A stretch of 64,000 nt of DNA, taken from Anaerolinea sp. Its GTDB lineage: Bacteria > Chloroflexota > Anaerolineae > Anaerolineales > Villigracilaceae. The translations under genes and the position numbers were made by a program. Of this stretch, positions 35,948 to 44,520 are shown in pieces; the first letter of the stretch is position 1; every line of letters begins with the position of its first letter. The notes under the pieces are model-generated. The model ran no database searches. It saw only the letters and a list, made by a program, of their open reading frames with translations, and was not told where the DNA came from. The stretch lies in contig DYPU01000003.1 in NCBI GenBank assembly GCA_020719725.1, positions 5,081-69,080 of the forward strand. The letters run 5' to 3'.

Positions 35948-36739
35948 ATGCATGCTGATGCCTTCGACCGTTACTACCACGCTGAAAGCCCCCTGCACCG
36001 CCTCGACCCTCGCGTCAAGGTATTCTTGACGGTGGCCTTCATCCTCTCCAATGCGCTCCTCTCCGATGGTGTCTGGGCCGCTTTTGGTCTGGCCTGGCTT
36101 TTAATACTCTTTGCCAACCGGTTTTCGGGTCTGGGTGTCGAATTTTCCTTCAAACGCTCTTTCATTGCCTTGCCGTTTGCGTTGGCGGCTGTTTCGGCTA
36201 TTTTCATCCCTGCCGGGCAGCCGCTGGCCGAATGGACAATTGGCCCCATCCAACTCGTTCCCACTGATTTTGGCCTGATGCGTTTTGCCAGTATTCTGCT
36301 ACGATCCTGGCTCTCTGTCCAGGCCGGAATTTTGCTGGTGGCTGTCACCCAGTTCCCAGACATGATTCACGCCTTTGAACATTTGCGTGTTCCGGCAATT
36401 CTTACCACCATCATCGCTTTCCTATACCGTTACCTTTTTGTCCTCACCGACGAAGTGATGCGCCTGTTACGCGCCCGCGAATCGCGTTCTGCCGCCCTGC
36501 CCGGCCTCAAAAGTGGAGGCAGCCTCTTCTGGCGCGCGCGCGTGGCCGGAAATATGGCGGGGCAGCTTTTTCTGCGCAGCTACGAACGCAGCGACCGCAT
36601 CTATAACGCCATGCTCGCGCGCGGCTATCAGGGCCAAATGCGCACTTTGCGCTCCCACACCATGACTCGCCGTGACTGGCTTATTCTTAGTCTCGGATTA
36701 TTCGCTCTCATCTTCTTACAACTACTCGCCCGACTGTAA
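35948..36739 (+). CDS. cbiQ: ECF transporter transmembrane (T) component CbiQ
   Basis: 263 aa, polytopic. LDPRVK near the N-terminus and ARESR/ARG motifs typical of CbiQ/EcfT. Confidence 0.8.
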   Translation: MHADAFDRYYHAESPLHRLDPRVKVFLTVAFILSNALLSDGVWAAFGLAWLLILFANRFSGLGVEFSFKRSFIALPFALAAVSAIFIPAGQPLAEWTIGPIQLVPTDFGLMRFASILLRSWLSVQAGILLVAVTQFPDMIHAFEHLRVPAILTTIIAFLYRYLFVLTDEVMRLLRARESRSAALPGLKSGGSLFWRARVAGNMAGQLFLRSYERSDRIYNAMLARGYQGQMRTLRSHTMTRRDWLILSLGLFALIFLQLLARL

Positions 36740-36744
36740 CCCTC

Positions 36745-37500
36745 ATGCCCCACACTCATCCCACCCACCATTATCAACTGCCTCATTTCGAAGGCGACAT
36801 TCTGCAAATTACAGACTTGCATTTTTCCTACCCAGATGGACACGCCGCTTTACATGGCATCCAGCTGTGCCTGGCTCAGGGTGAAAAAGTGGCTCTGGTT
36901 GGCCCCAACGGAGCCGGAAAAAGTACACTGATGCTGCACCTGAACGGTATTTTGGGTGATAGTGGAGCCGTCACCGTGGCCGGATTACCCCTTAACCCCA
37001 AAACCCTGCCTCAAATTCGCGCCGCCGTTGGGCTGGTCTTCCAAAACCCCGACGATCAACTCTTTTCCCCCACCGTTTTTGAAGATGTGGCCTTTGGCCC
37101 GCTTCACATGGGCTTGCCCGAAGCTGAAATTCACATTCGGGTTGATGCCGCCCTTGAAAGCGTGCGGATGAGCGCCTACCGTGAACGCCTTTCACACCAC
37201 CTCAGTGTTGGAGAAAAAAAACGCATCGCCATCGCCACCGTCTTGGCGATGAACCCGCGCCTGTTGGTACTCGATGAACCCTCTGCGGGGCTCGACCCGC
37301 GCGCCCGCCGCACCCTAATCCATTTGCTGCGCGACTTGCCCATCACCATGCTGGTCTCTACACACGATTTAGCCCTGGCAAAAGAACTGTTCCCCCGCAT
37401 GATTATCATGGACGAAGGTCGCATTGTTGCCGACGGGCCAACCCTCGAACTGCTTCAAGATCAGGGCTTGCTTGAAGCGCATGGTCTGGAAAAACCGTAA
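36745..37500 (+). CDS. cbiO: ECF transporter ATPase CbiO
   Basis: GPNGAGKST Walker A, LSVGEKKR signature, LLVLDEPSAGLD Walker B. Confidence 0.85.
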   Translation: MPHTHPTHHYQLPHFEGDILQITDLHFSYPDGHAALHGIQLCLAQGEKVALVGPNGAGKSTLMLHLNGILGDSGAVTVAGLPLNPKTLPQIRAAVGLVFQNPDDQLFSPTVFEDVAFGPLHMGLPEAEIHIRVDAALESVRMSAYRERLSHHLSVGEKKRIAIATVLAMNPRLLVLDEPSAGLDPRARRTLIHLLRDLPITMLVSTHDLALAKELFPRMIIMDEGRIVADGPTLELLQDQGLLEAHGLEKP

Positions 37501-37504
37501 GATA

Positions 37505-39226
37505 CTACTCTTGGCTGGGTGGGGGATTTAGCACCTCGGCCAACAAGCCCAATTCGGAGAGGGCCTCCATAATTTTGGCTTCGGCGCCGGGTTTGATGAC
37601 TGCCGCCGTGGGGCCTAACGCCTCTGCCAGAAATCGCCCCGCTTTGGAGTTTTTCATTTCGTTCATCACCTCTGGCCTGGCTACCCGTAAAACGGCCAAA
37701 TGCTCCAGCCTGGCCTCGGTTCCGTTAATCTCCCAGCGTTGGACGGCTTTTAAAAACGACGGCGGAATTGCTCCGGCGGCGTTTTTTGCCAGCAGGCTTA
37801 GCAGTTGACTGGCTTTTAAGCCTTGAGCATTGGCTTGTTTCAGTGATTGTGGCGTAACGCGATAGCGATATTCTTCTATGGATGGTGATTCTTGCCATTC
37901 ACAAAAGCGCGCAATCTGATAGCGCACGCTGCGGGTTGTTGGGCGTAACATACTAATGCGCCCATTAGAATTGATGTTGATTTTGCCAGTTTCGGCTCGT
38001 ACTTCAGCCTTTTCTAATAGCCGAAAAGCGCTGAAAGGTCCGCCTTCTTGGGTCATTGCTACATCGGCCAGGCCCAGCCCGTGCAGGCTGCTGATAATTT
38101 GTCGAATGAGTGCGCCTTCCACCTCGTCCCAGTGACCAAAGCCGCGCAAATAGAGACCGTCACTTTGGCGTTTGATGAACCAGGTATCGTATTCGCCAGC
38201 CTGGCGTTGAAAATCGGGGGATTGGGCTTTTAAGTCGCGGATCAGGGCTGGCAGGCTCCACCATTGATTTTTGGGCAGCAGAGCCAGGGTGTCTAGTAAA
38301 AACTGACGGGTGGCGAGGGGCGTATTGCTCCAGCCGCCTTCGCAGATCAGGCTAGGGATCAGGTGCAGGTCGTTTAGGGTGGGGCTGGCGCGCCAGGCGC
38401 GGCTGAGTAAGGCCAGGCTTTCGGCGCGGGGCGATTCTAGAAAGGTTTTGATGGCTTCAGGAAACAGGTTGGGGGCTGCGGTGGGGTTGGAAGTTTCAGC
38501 CGTGGGGCGCTGAATTAAACGAGATTCAGCTAAAAGTTCCAGAGCGAGCGGCTGCGAAAAGGCCAGGGGTGGGCATTCGTGGCCGGTACGCAGGGCCGCC
38601 AACAGTGTGGTCAGGTCTTCCAATAGTCCATCTGTTGCATTTTGGACAATTGCTTTTTCGGCGGGTGTCGCTGGGCGGCCTAGCGGCTGGTCGAGGTTGG
38701 GTGGGGCGGCGGGGCTGGCTTTTTTGGCGATAGGTTCATTGGTGGGCTTGGGTTCGGGGCTGGCGGGCTGGCCGGGTTCGGGGTTGCTGAACCCGATAAA
38801 GGCGAGCGCTTCGAGTAGGTCGTCGGGGATGAAGGCGAATTCCTGTGGGCCTTTTTCGGTGTCGAAGAAGGCTCGCGCCAGGAGGGAGCGATACCACAGG
38901 CTTTCGGTGGTGGAGGTGGGATGCAGGTAAGGTTGTTCGCGGTCTCGTTTGCCGGGTCCCATTTCGCGCAGGGGGCCGTAGGTGCGAGTGAAGGCATCCC
39001 AGGGGTGGCGGCCCTGGGTGTCGCTGAGTGCGCCAAGCGCGGCCTGGCTGGTTTCGGGTAAGGTGGTGATGATTTCTTCGAGCAGTTCTGCGTCACACAG
39101 GGTTGAGGCCAGTTCGGCGGCGGCGTTGGCCGGTTCGGCTGAGGTTAATTCTACGCCCCAAAGCGAGGCGATGATGCGTAGAAATCCGAGGTCGTGGTTG
39201 AGAAGGATTTTTTCGAGGGTGGGCAT
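37505..39226 (-). CDS. Hypothetical protein with XPB-N-terminal-like (helicase-associated) C-terminal region; no ATPase motifs
   Basis: 573 aa. The C-terminal YRVTPQSLKQANAQGLKASQLLSLLAKNAAGAIPPSFLKAVQRW resembles, from memory, the N-terminal domain of XPB/ERCC3 helicases. No Walker A or DEAH box. Confidence 0.5.
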   Translation of the reverse strand: MPTLEKILLNHDLGFLRIIASLWGVELTSAEPANAAAELASTLCDAELLEEIITTLPETSQAALGALSDTQGRHPWDAFTRTYGPLREMGPGKRDREQPYLHPTSTTESLWYRSLLARAFFDTEKGPQEFAFIPDDLLEALAFIGFSNPEPGQPASPEPKPTNEPIAKKASPAAPPNLDQPLGRPATPAEKAIVQNATDGLLEDLTTLLAALRTGHECPPLAFSQPLALELLAESRLIQRPTAETSNPTAAPNLFPEAIKTFLESPRAESLALLSRAWRASPTLNDLHLIPSLICEGGWSNTPLATRQFLLDTLALLPKNQWWSLPALIRDLKAQSPDFQRQAGEYDTWFIKRQSDGLYLRGFGHWDEVEGALIRQIISSLHGLGLADVAMTQEGGPFSAFRLLEKAEVRAETGKININSNGRISMLRPTTRSVRYQIARFCEWQESPSIEEYRYRVTPQSLKQANAQGLKASQLLSLLAKNAAGAIPPSFLKAVQRWEINGTEARLEHLAVLRVARPEVMNEMKNSKAGRFLAEALGPTAAVIKPGAEAKIMEALSELGLLAEVLNPPPSQE

Positions 39227-39355
39227 GGGCTTATTCTACTGCTTTTGTGCTTTTTTTGATGGGTTTGTTATTCTTATGCGCAGTCGTACAAATGGGGGAG
39301 TGACCTTGTTTTCGGCTGCGGTTATAGTGTTTTTATAATCTTTAAGGAGGAACCT

Positions 39356-40282
39356 ATGAAACGTGTTTTGCCTGTTTTTCTTCTGTTTGTTTTTGTATTG
39401 AGCGCTTGTGGTCAGGCTGCTCCGACGGCGGTAACTTTGCCGACGGCTGTTCCCACGTTGGAGATTGTGGTTAACCCAACGGAAAAGCCACAGGATGCTG
39501 TGGCTGGTGATGTGCGTACTTCCACTGTGGACGGCATGATTCAGGCTTTTGTGCCGGGAGGTAGCTTCCAGATGGGTGGCTTTGATGAGGATGCGCAGGA
39601 TGATGAAAAGCCAGCGCACAAGGTGTCGGTTGGGCCTTTTTGGATGGATAAGGTTGAAGTGACCAATGCCATGTATAGTTTGTGCGTGCAGGCTGGCGCT
39701 TGTACGTTACCGAATGAGTTGAAATCGGCGACCCGCCCCAGTTACTTTGCCAATGCCGAATTTAACGATTATCCGGTTGTCTATGTTTCTTATGAAAGCG
39801 CAAAGTCCTATTGTTCCTGGGCGGGGCGTCGCCTGCCCACTGAAGCCGAGTGGGAATTTGCTGCGCGTGGTTCGGCGGATTTCCGCCGCTATCCTTGGGG
39901 TGATCAAAGCCCCACCAATAACCTGGCGAATTATGATTATGCCGTGCGTGATACTACGCGGGTAGGGTCTTATCCCAACGGAGCCAGTCCCTTTGGGATT
40001 TTGGATATGTCTGGTAATGTTTGGGAGTGGGTAGCCGATTTTTATAACCCGATCTACTACCAGGGTGGGGCCGAGCAAAATCCGACCGGGCCTTCTTCGG
40101 CGGGTGTCAACGGTTTGCGCCGGGGCATTCGAGGTGGTTCCTGGCAGGATAGTTTCAAAGATGTACGTCTTTCTAATCGCGGCTTTGCAATTGCGCCCGA
40201 TTTGACCTCGGATAGCAAGTCTTCAGAGTATTTGGGCGATGTTAAAGACAGTATTGGTTTCCGCTGCGTGTCTGGGAACTAA
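39356..40282 (+). CDS. Formylglycine-generating-enzyme (SUMF1/FGE-sulfatase) domain lipoprotein
   Basis: Lipobox LFVFVLSAC. KVEVTNAMY, YPVVYVSYESAKSYCSWAGRRLPTEAEWEFAARG, GNVWEWV, RGGSW, GFRC motifs. AGGAGG RBS. Confidence 0.8.
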   Translation: MKRVLPVFLLFVFVLSACGQAAPTAVTLPTAVPTLEIVVNPTEKPQDAVAGDVRTSTVDGMIQAFVPGGSFQMGGFDEDAQDDEKPAHKVSVGPFWMDKVEVTNAMYSLCVQAGACTLPNELKSATRPSYFANAEFNDYPVVYVSYESAKSYCSWAGRRLPTEAEWEFAARGSADFRRYPWGDQSPTNNLANYDYAVRDTTRVGSYPNGASPFGILDMSGNVWEWVADFYNPIYYQGGAEQNPTGPSSAGVNGLRRGIRGGSWQDSFKDVRLSNRGFAIAPDLTSDSKSSEYLGDVKDSIGFRCVSGN

Positions 40283-40413
40283 TTTTTAGCCCAAACTAGA
40301 ACCGGTTTTGGCATTTTGTTCACCCGTAGCTGACGTGAAAAGCCAGGCTGTTTTATCGTCTGATCTGCCTTCGCTAGTTGCGGGTGAACTTTTTAATGGC
40401 AGCAGCCCGTCCT

Positions 40414-40442
40414 TTGACTTGTTTTTAAAGCTGTGGTAATAT
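40414..40442 (+). promoter_or_regulatory. Candidate promoter of the SAM riboswitch-metK unit
   Basis: TTGACT (40414-40419), 17 nt spacer, TAATAT (40437-40442), about 30 nt upstream of the riboswitch. Confidence 0.55.
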
Positions 40443-40473
40443 CCGCAAACAATTCAATAGCCCCATGAAGGCA

Positions 40474-40580
40474 CTCTTATCCAGAGAGGCGGAGGGACCG
40501 GCCCGACGATGCCTCGACAACCGGTTGGCGAAAGCCAAACACGGTGCCAATTCCGGCAGGAAACATCTGGAAGATGAGAG
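40474..40580 (+). promoter_or_regulatory. SAM-I (S-box) riboswitch
   Basis: CTCTTATCCAGAGAGGCGGAGGGACCGGCCCGACGATGCC...GGTGCCAATTCC...AGATGAGAG matches the conserved S-box core, directly upstream of metK. Confidence 0.9.
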
Positions 40581-40599
40581 GGCGTCTGCTTTTTGCAAT

Positions 40600-40635
40600 A
40601 GCCCTTTCTGATTGTCTGGAAGGGCTAAAATTTTT
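40600..40635 (+). terminator. Candidate riboswitch expression-platform hairpin
   Basis: AGCCCTT...AAGGGCT (7-bp stem) followed by AAAATTTTT. Weak as an intrinsic terminator. Confidence 0.35.
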
Positions 40636-40655
40636 AAATAAGGAGATAAAACGCA

Positions 40656-41867
40656 ATGAGCAATACTTTTATGAACTCGGCTAAGTTACTTTTCACATCC
40701 GAAAGTGTGACAGAAGGCCACCCTGATAAAATTTGCGACCAGGTTTCAGATGCAGTGCTCGATGCCTGCCTGGCCCAGGACCCGTATTCGCGCGTGGCTT
40801 GCGAAACTGCCGTTAAAACCGGCTTGGTTATGGTGTTGGGCGAAATCACGACCAATGCTTTTGTTAATTTTGATGAGTTGGTGCGCAAGGTCATCAACGA
40901 AATTGGGTATGACAGCAGCGAAAAGGGATTTGATGGCAGCACATGCGCTGTCCTTTCTGCCATTGCCAGCCAAAGCGCCGATATTGCCCTGGGTGTGGAT
41001 CACGCTATGGAAGATAAAAGCGGCGAGATGACCGATGCCAAAATCGAGCATGTTGGCGCGGGCGACCAGGGCATGATGTTTGGCTTTGCCTGTAACGAAA
41101 CCGCCACCCTGATGCCAATGCCGATTTACCTGGCCCACAAACTGACCCGCCGCCTGAGCGAAGTCCGTAAAAACGGAACCCTGCCCTGGCTGCGCCCGGA
41201 TGGAAAAAGCCAGGTAACGGTGGAATATGCCTACGGCAAACCCCGGCGCGTCGATACCGTGCTTATCTCCACCCAGCACGCCGCCGAAGTTTCACAGGAA
41301 GAGATTCGCGCCAGCATCATCGAATACGTCATCAACCCGGTTATCCCCGCTGAATTGCGCGACGGCGAACTCAAAATCTACGTCAATCCCACCGGGCGCT
41401 TTGTCATCGGCGGCCCAATGGGAGATGCCGGTGTTACCGGGCGCAAAATTATTGTCGATACCTATGGCGGCATGGGCCGGCATGGCGGCGGCGCTTTCTC
41501 TGGGAAAGACCCCACCAAAGTCGACCGCTCTGCCGCCTACGCTGCGCGCTGGGCCGCCAAAAATGTAGTCGCCGCCGGGTTAGCGGAACGCTGCGAAATT
41601 CAGGTGGCCTATGCCATTGGTGTAGCGCACCCACTCTCCGTCAATGTCGAAACCTTCGGCACTGGCAAAATTGCCGATGAGAAAATTGCCGAAATCATCA
41701 CCCAAACCTTCGATTTACGCCCCGGCGCCATCATCCGCGATTTGAACCTGCGCCGCCCCATCTATCGCCAAACCGCCGCCTACGGTCACTTTGGCCGCGA
41801 CGACATTCAACTGCCCTGGGAAGAAACCAACAAAGCCGAAGCCTTACGCCAGGCTGCTGGTCTCTAA
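40656..41867 (+). CDS. metK: S-adenosylmethionine synthase
   Basis: 403 aa. [64 protein letters not shown]. Confidence 0.95.
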   Translation: MSNTFMNSAKLLFTSESVTEGHPDKICDQVSDAVLDACLAQDPYSRVACETAVKTGLVMVLGEITTNAFVNFDELVRKVINEIGYDSSEKGFDGSTCAVLSAIASQSADIALGVDHAMEDKSGEMTDAKIEHVGAGDQGMMFGFACNETATLMPMPIYLAHKLTRRLSEVRKNGTLPWLRPDGKSQVTVEYAYGKPRRVDTVLISTQHAAEVSQEEIRASIIEYVINPVIPAELRDGELKIYVNPTGRFVIGGPMGDAGVTGRKIIVDTYGGMGRHGGGAFSGKDPTKVDRSAAYAARWAAKNVVAAGLAERCEIQVAYAIGVAHPLSVNVETFGTGKIADEKIAEIITQTFDLRPGAIIRDLNLRRPIYRQTAAYGHFGRDDIQLPWEETNKAEALRQAAGL

Positions 41868-41883
41868 AAAATAACGCTCCACC

Positions 41884-41918
41884 AAAGGCCGCTGAATTTT
41901 CAGCGGCCTTTTTGTTTT
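41884..41918 (+). terminator. Intrinsic terminator after metK
   Basis: AAAGGCCGCTGA-loop-TCAGCGGCCTTT followed by TTGTTTT. Confidence 0.7.
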
Positions 41919-41969
41919 CTGGTACACTCTCAAATCATCTGCTTATTTTTGCCCGAAAGAAGAACAACC

Positions 41970-42980
41970 ATGAAGAAAAAATTACCCCTGCTACTTATTG
42001 CGCTCTTGCTTGCGCTTTCCAACATCCACACTGCCCAAGCTCAAACCCCTGCCGCCCCGGTCGTGCGCGCCGTCATGTTTTGGATGGCAGGCTGCAAACA
42101 TTGCGAAGAAACCATCAGCATCACCCTGCCTCCCCTCCACGAAAAATACGGCCCACAATTTGACCTGACTCTGATACAGATTTACGACTTGCAAGAAATA
42201 GACGCGCTCTACGCCCTGGCCGCCAGCTACGGGATCGAACAAAAATATGTTGGCGTTCCTTTTTTAGTTATCGCCGACCAGCCCCTGGTCGGCTCCCAGC
42301 AAATTCGCTTGCAGTTACCAGATTTAATCGACGAAAACCTTGCCAGCGGTGGAGTGGAACTTTCGGATAGACCAGAGATACTGCCGCTGTTGGCTTTAAC
42401 CGCCCGGCCCGCCTCATCTCAGCCGGTTTCGCCGTCTGAAAAACCAGTCGAACCCCAGTCGCCCCGCAGCAACGGCTTCACCCTGGCGGCGATTGTTCTG
42501 GCTGGAACGATTTTGGCCTTACTATATGCCCTGCTGAAGCTCATTCGGGGAAGATTTACAGCCCGCTCCCGACTCGCATCGTGGTTTATTCCGTTTCTAA
42601 GCCTGGTTGGGCTGGCAATAGCCCTCTACCTGGCCTATATCGAAATGACCCTTTCGCAAGCCTTTTGCGGCCCAATTGGTGATTGCAACATCGTTCAGGC
42701 CAGCCCCTACGCTAGTTTATTTGGAATTTTGCCGATTGGTTTGTTGGGCGTTTTTGGCTATTTTGCTATTTTGGCCGCCTGGTGGCTGGGCCGCCAACCC
42801 TGGAAGCTGCTTGCGCGCCAGATGCCGCTGGCTTTATTTGGGCTGGCGCTGTTCGGAACACTTTTTTCGGCTTACCTGACCTATCTGGAACTGTTTGTGA
42901 TTGACGCTGTGTGTCTTTGGTGTCTTGGCTCGGCTGTGATTCAAACAAGCCTTTTATTGCTGATCACCAGGGAACTGTAA
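41970..42980 (+). CDS. Exported thioredoxin-like domain fused to a C-terminal VKOR (vitamin K epoxide reductase family) membrane domain
   Basis: Signal peptide MKKKLPLLLIALLLALSNIHTAQA, Trx-like CKHC, then TM helices with the loop pair CGPIGDC and CLWC (the VKOR CxxC). Confidence 0.75.
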   Translation: MKKKLPLLLIALLLALSNIHTAQAQTPAAPVVRAVMFWMAGCKHCEETISITLPPLHEKYGPQFDLTLIQIYDLQEIDALYALAASYGIEQKYVGVPFLVIADQPLVGSQQIRLQLPDLIDENLASGGVELSDRPEILPLLALTARPASSQPVSPSEKPVEPQSPRSNGFTLAAIVLAGTILALLYALLKLIRGRFTARSRLASWFIPFLSLVGLAIALYLAYIEMTLSQAFCGPIGDCNIVQASPYASLFGILPIGLLGVFGYFAILAAWWLGRQPWKLLARQMPLALFGLALFGTLFSAYLTYLELFVIDAVCLWCLGSAVIQTSLLLLITREL

Positions 42981-43009
42981 AAGCAATTTTCGCGCCGTTG
43001 CATGAATTT

Positions 43010-43990
43010 TTAGCGCGTCAATTCCACCACAAACGCCTCAAGCGCCAAATCCAGAGTCATCTGGCCGGTTTTGGCGGCTTCATCCATTACCAGCAAATGC
43101 TGATAAATCCCCCGTAAGGATTTCATACTAAAACGTTTGGCCTGGTTAAAGACCTTTTCGGCCACAAAAGGGTGTTGCCCCAATGCCGAAACGACATCGG
43201 ACAAGGTTCCACCTGCATCCAGCACCTCGCGCGCCATGATCAACAAGCGAAATTGACGGATGACAAGCGCAAACAACTCAAACGGTTCGCGCTCGCCGAG
43301 CAGGCGGCGCAGCAGTTTTTGGGCCTGACGTCCGTTTTGGGTTCCGATTGCATCCACCAGGTCGAAAATATCGGTTCCGGCGGAGGTGACGCTAACCGCC
43401 TCGACATCCTCGATCCCAATCGCGTGGGCAAAATCGACATAAGTCAGCAATTTGGTGATTTCCTGAGCGGCCTGGCGCGGATCTTCGCCGACCATCTCAG
43501 CCAAACGCGCGGCGGCTTGCGGTTCGATTTGCCCGCTCTGGCGTTTGGTTTCGCTGATAATCCACCCTGGCATGTCCTTTTGCCGGGGCAGTAAAAATGA
43601 TTCGCTTTTGGCGCTTTCGGGGTGTTTGGCGGCCCATTTGACCAACCAATGATTAGGGATTTCGCGCTCTTTGAGTTCATCAATATCGACCAAGACTAAT
43701 AGGGTGCTGGGGGGGATGGTTTCCAGAAAAGCGCTAAACTTTTTATGGCCTTCCAGACCGGTATATTTTTTAGAAGGCGCATCCAGTACGACCAGCCGCT
43801 TCGAGGCCAAAAAAGGCATGGCCCCAATGGCATTATTTAGTTCCTTCTCGTTGACGGTGCGCGCATCCAGATGAGATGTGTTCATTTCGGCGGAGGTTGG
43901 GTCGGTGAAGATGGCGTCAAATTTTGTCACCCGTTTGCGGATGGCGAATTCGTCGTTGCCGATAAAAATGTAGATGTGCTGGTCGCTCAT
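43010..43990 (-). CDS. holA: DNA polymerase III delta subunit
   Basis: 326 aa. YIFIGNDEFAI N-terminus and the overall HolA pattern (LTYVDF..., LRRLL..GE.P..L). Confidence 0.75.
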   Translation of the reverse strand: MSDQHIYIFIGNDEFAIRKRVTKFDAIFTDPTSAEMNTSHLDARTVNEKELNNAIGAMPFLASKRLVVLDAPSKKYTGLEGHKKFSAFLETIPPSTLLVLVDIDELKEREIPNHWLVKWAAKHPESAKSESFLLPRQKDMPGWIISETKRQSGQIEPQAAARLAEMVGEDPRQAAQEITKLLTYVDFAHAIGIEDVEAVSVTSAGTDIFDLVDAIGTQNGRQAQKLLRRLLGEREPFELFALVIRQFRLLIMAREVLDAGGTLSDVVSALGQHPFVAEKVFNQAKRFSMKSLRGIYQHLLVMDEAAKTGQMTLDLALEAFVVELTR

Positions 43991-43997
43991 GGCGGGT

Positions 43998-44489
43998 TTA
44001 TTCCAGTTCTTCGACCCAGCGCCGGTTGTCTTCGTCGCGGACAGCGCGCTCGGCCTGGTGAATTAATTTGTTAAGGCCGCCGCAGCGCAGGCGGGCATTG
44101 GGCGGACGGTAGGCGGCTGGCAGTGGCGTGGGTTGCTGATTGAGACTGATATTGAAGCAGGGAGCGTATTGTTGGATGAGGGCGCGCTCTGCGGCGTTCA
44201 GGTCGTTGCCAAGGCTGTTAAATTGTTCGGCCTGTGAACTGAACAGCTCGATGTTGAATTTCATCGAAACCGGCCAATTGTTCCAGACAAAGCGCCCGAC
44301 GATGGAGTGGCCCTTGAATCCGCTGAGGAGATGTTCCCAGACCCGCGCAAAGGCGAGGTGCGACTGGCCGACGTAGAAAACCACTTCCTGGTCGCGGAAC
44401 AGGTACAGGTCGAGGCTTTTCCATTCCGCGGGGCATTGCTCGATGAGCAGGAAGCGCTTGAGGGAGAGGGAGACTTCAGGGGTGGTCAT
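43998..44489 (-). CDS. GIY-YIG-like nuclease domain protein
   Basis: 163 aa. LYLFRDQEVVFYVGQS, RVWEH, AERALIQQYAPCFN follow the spacing of the GIY...YIG...R...E...N motifs. Confidence 0.5.
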   Translation of the reverse strand: MTTPEVSLSLKRFLLIEQCPAEWKSLDLYLFRDQEVVFYVGQSHLAFARVWEHLLSGFKGHSIVGRFVWNNWPVSMKFNIELFSSQAEQFNSLGNDLNAAERALIQQYAPCFNISLNQQPTPLPAAYRPPNARLRCGGLNKLIHQAERAVRDEDNRRWVEELE

Positions 44490-44520
44490 GGCTGTGAATT
44501 CTGCCTTCTTTTGAAGTCAA

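Noticed and set aside
39356-40282. FGE/C-type-lectin-fold protein considered as a diversity-generating retroelement target
   Set aside because: The window has no reverse transcriptase and no template repeat resembling the 3' end of the gene. The C-terminus lacks the Asn/Tyr-rich variable-region look.
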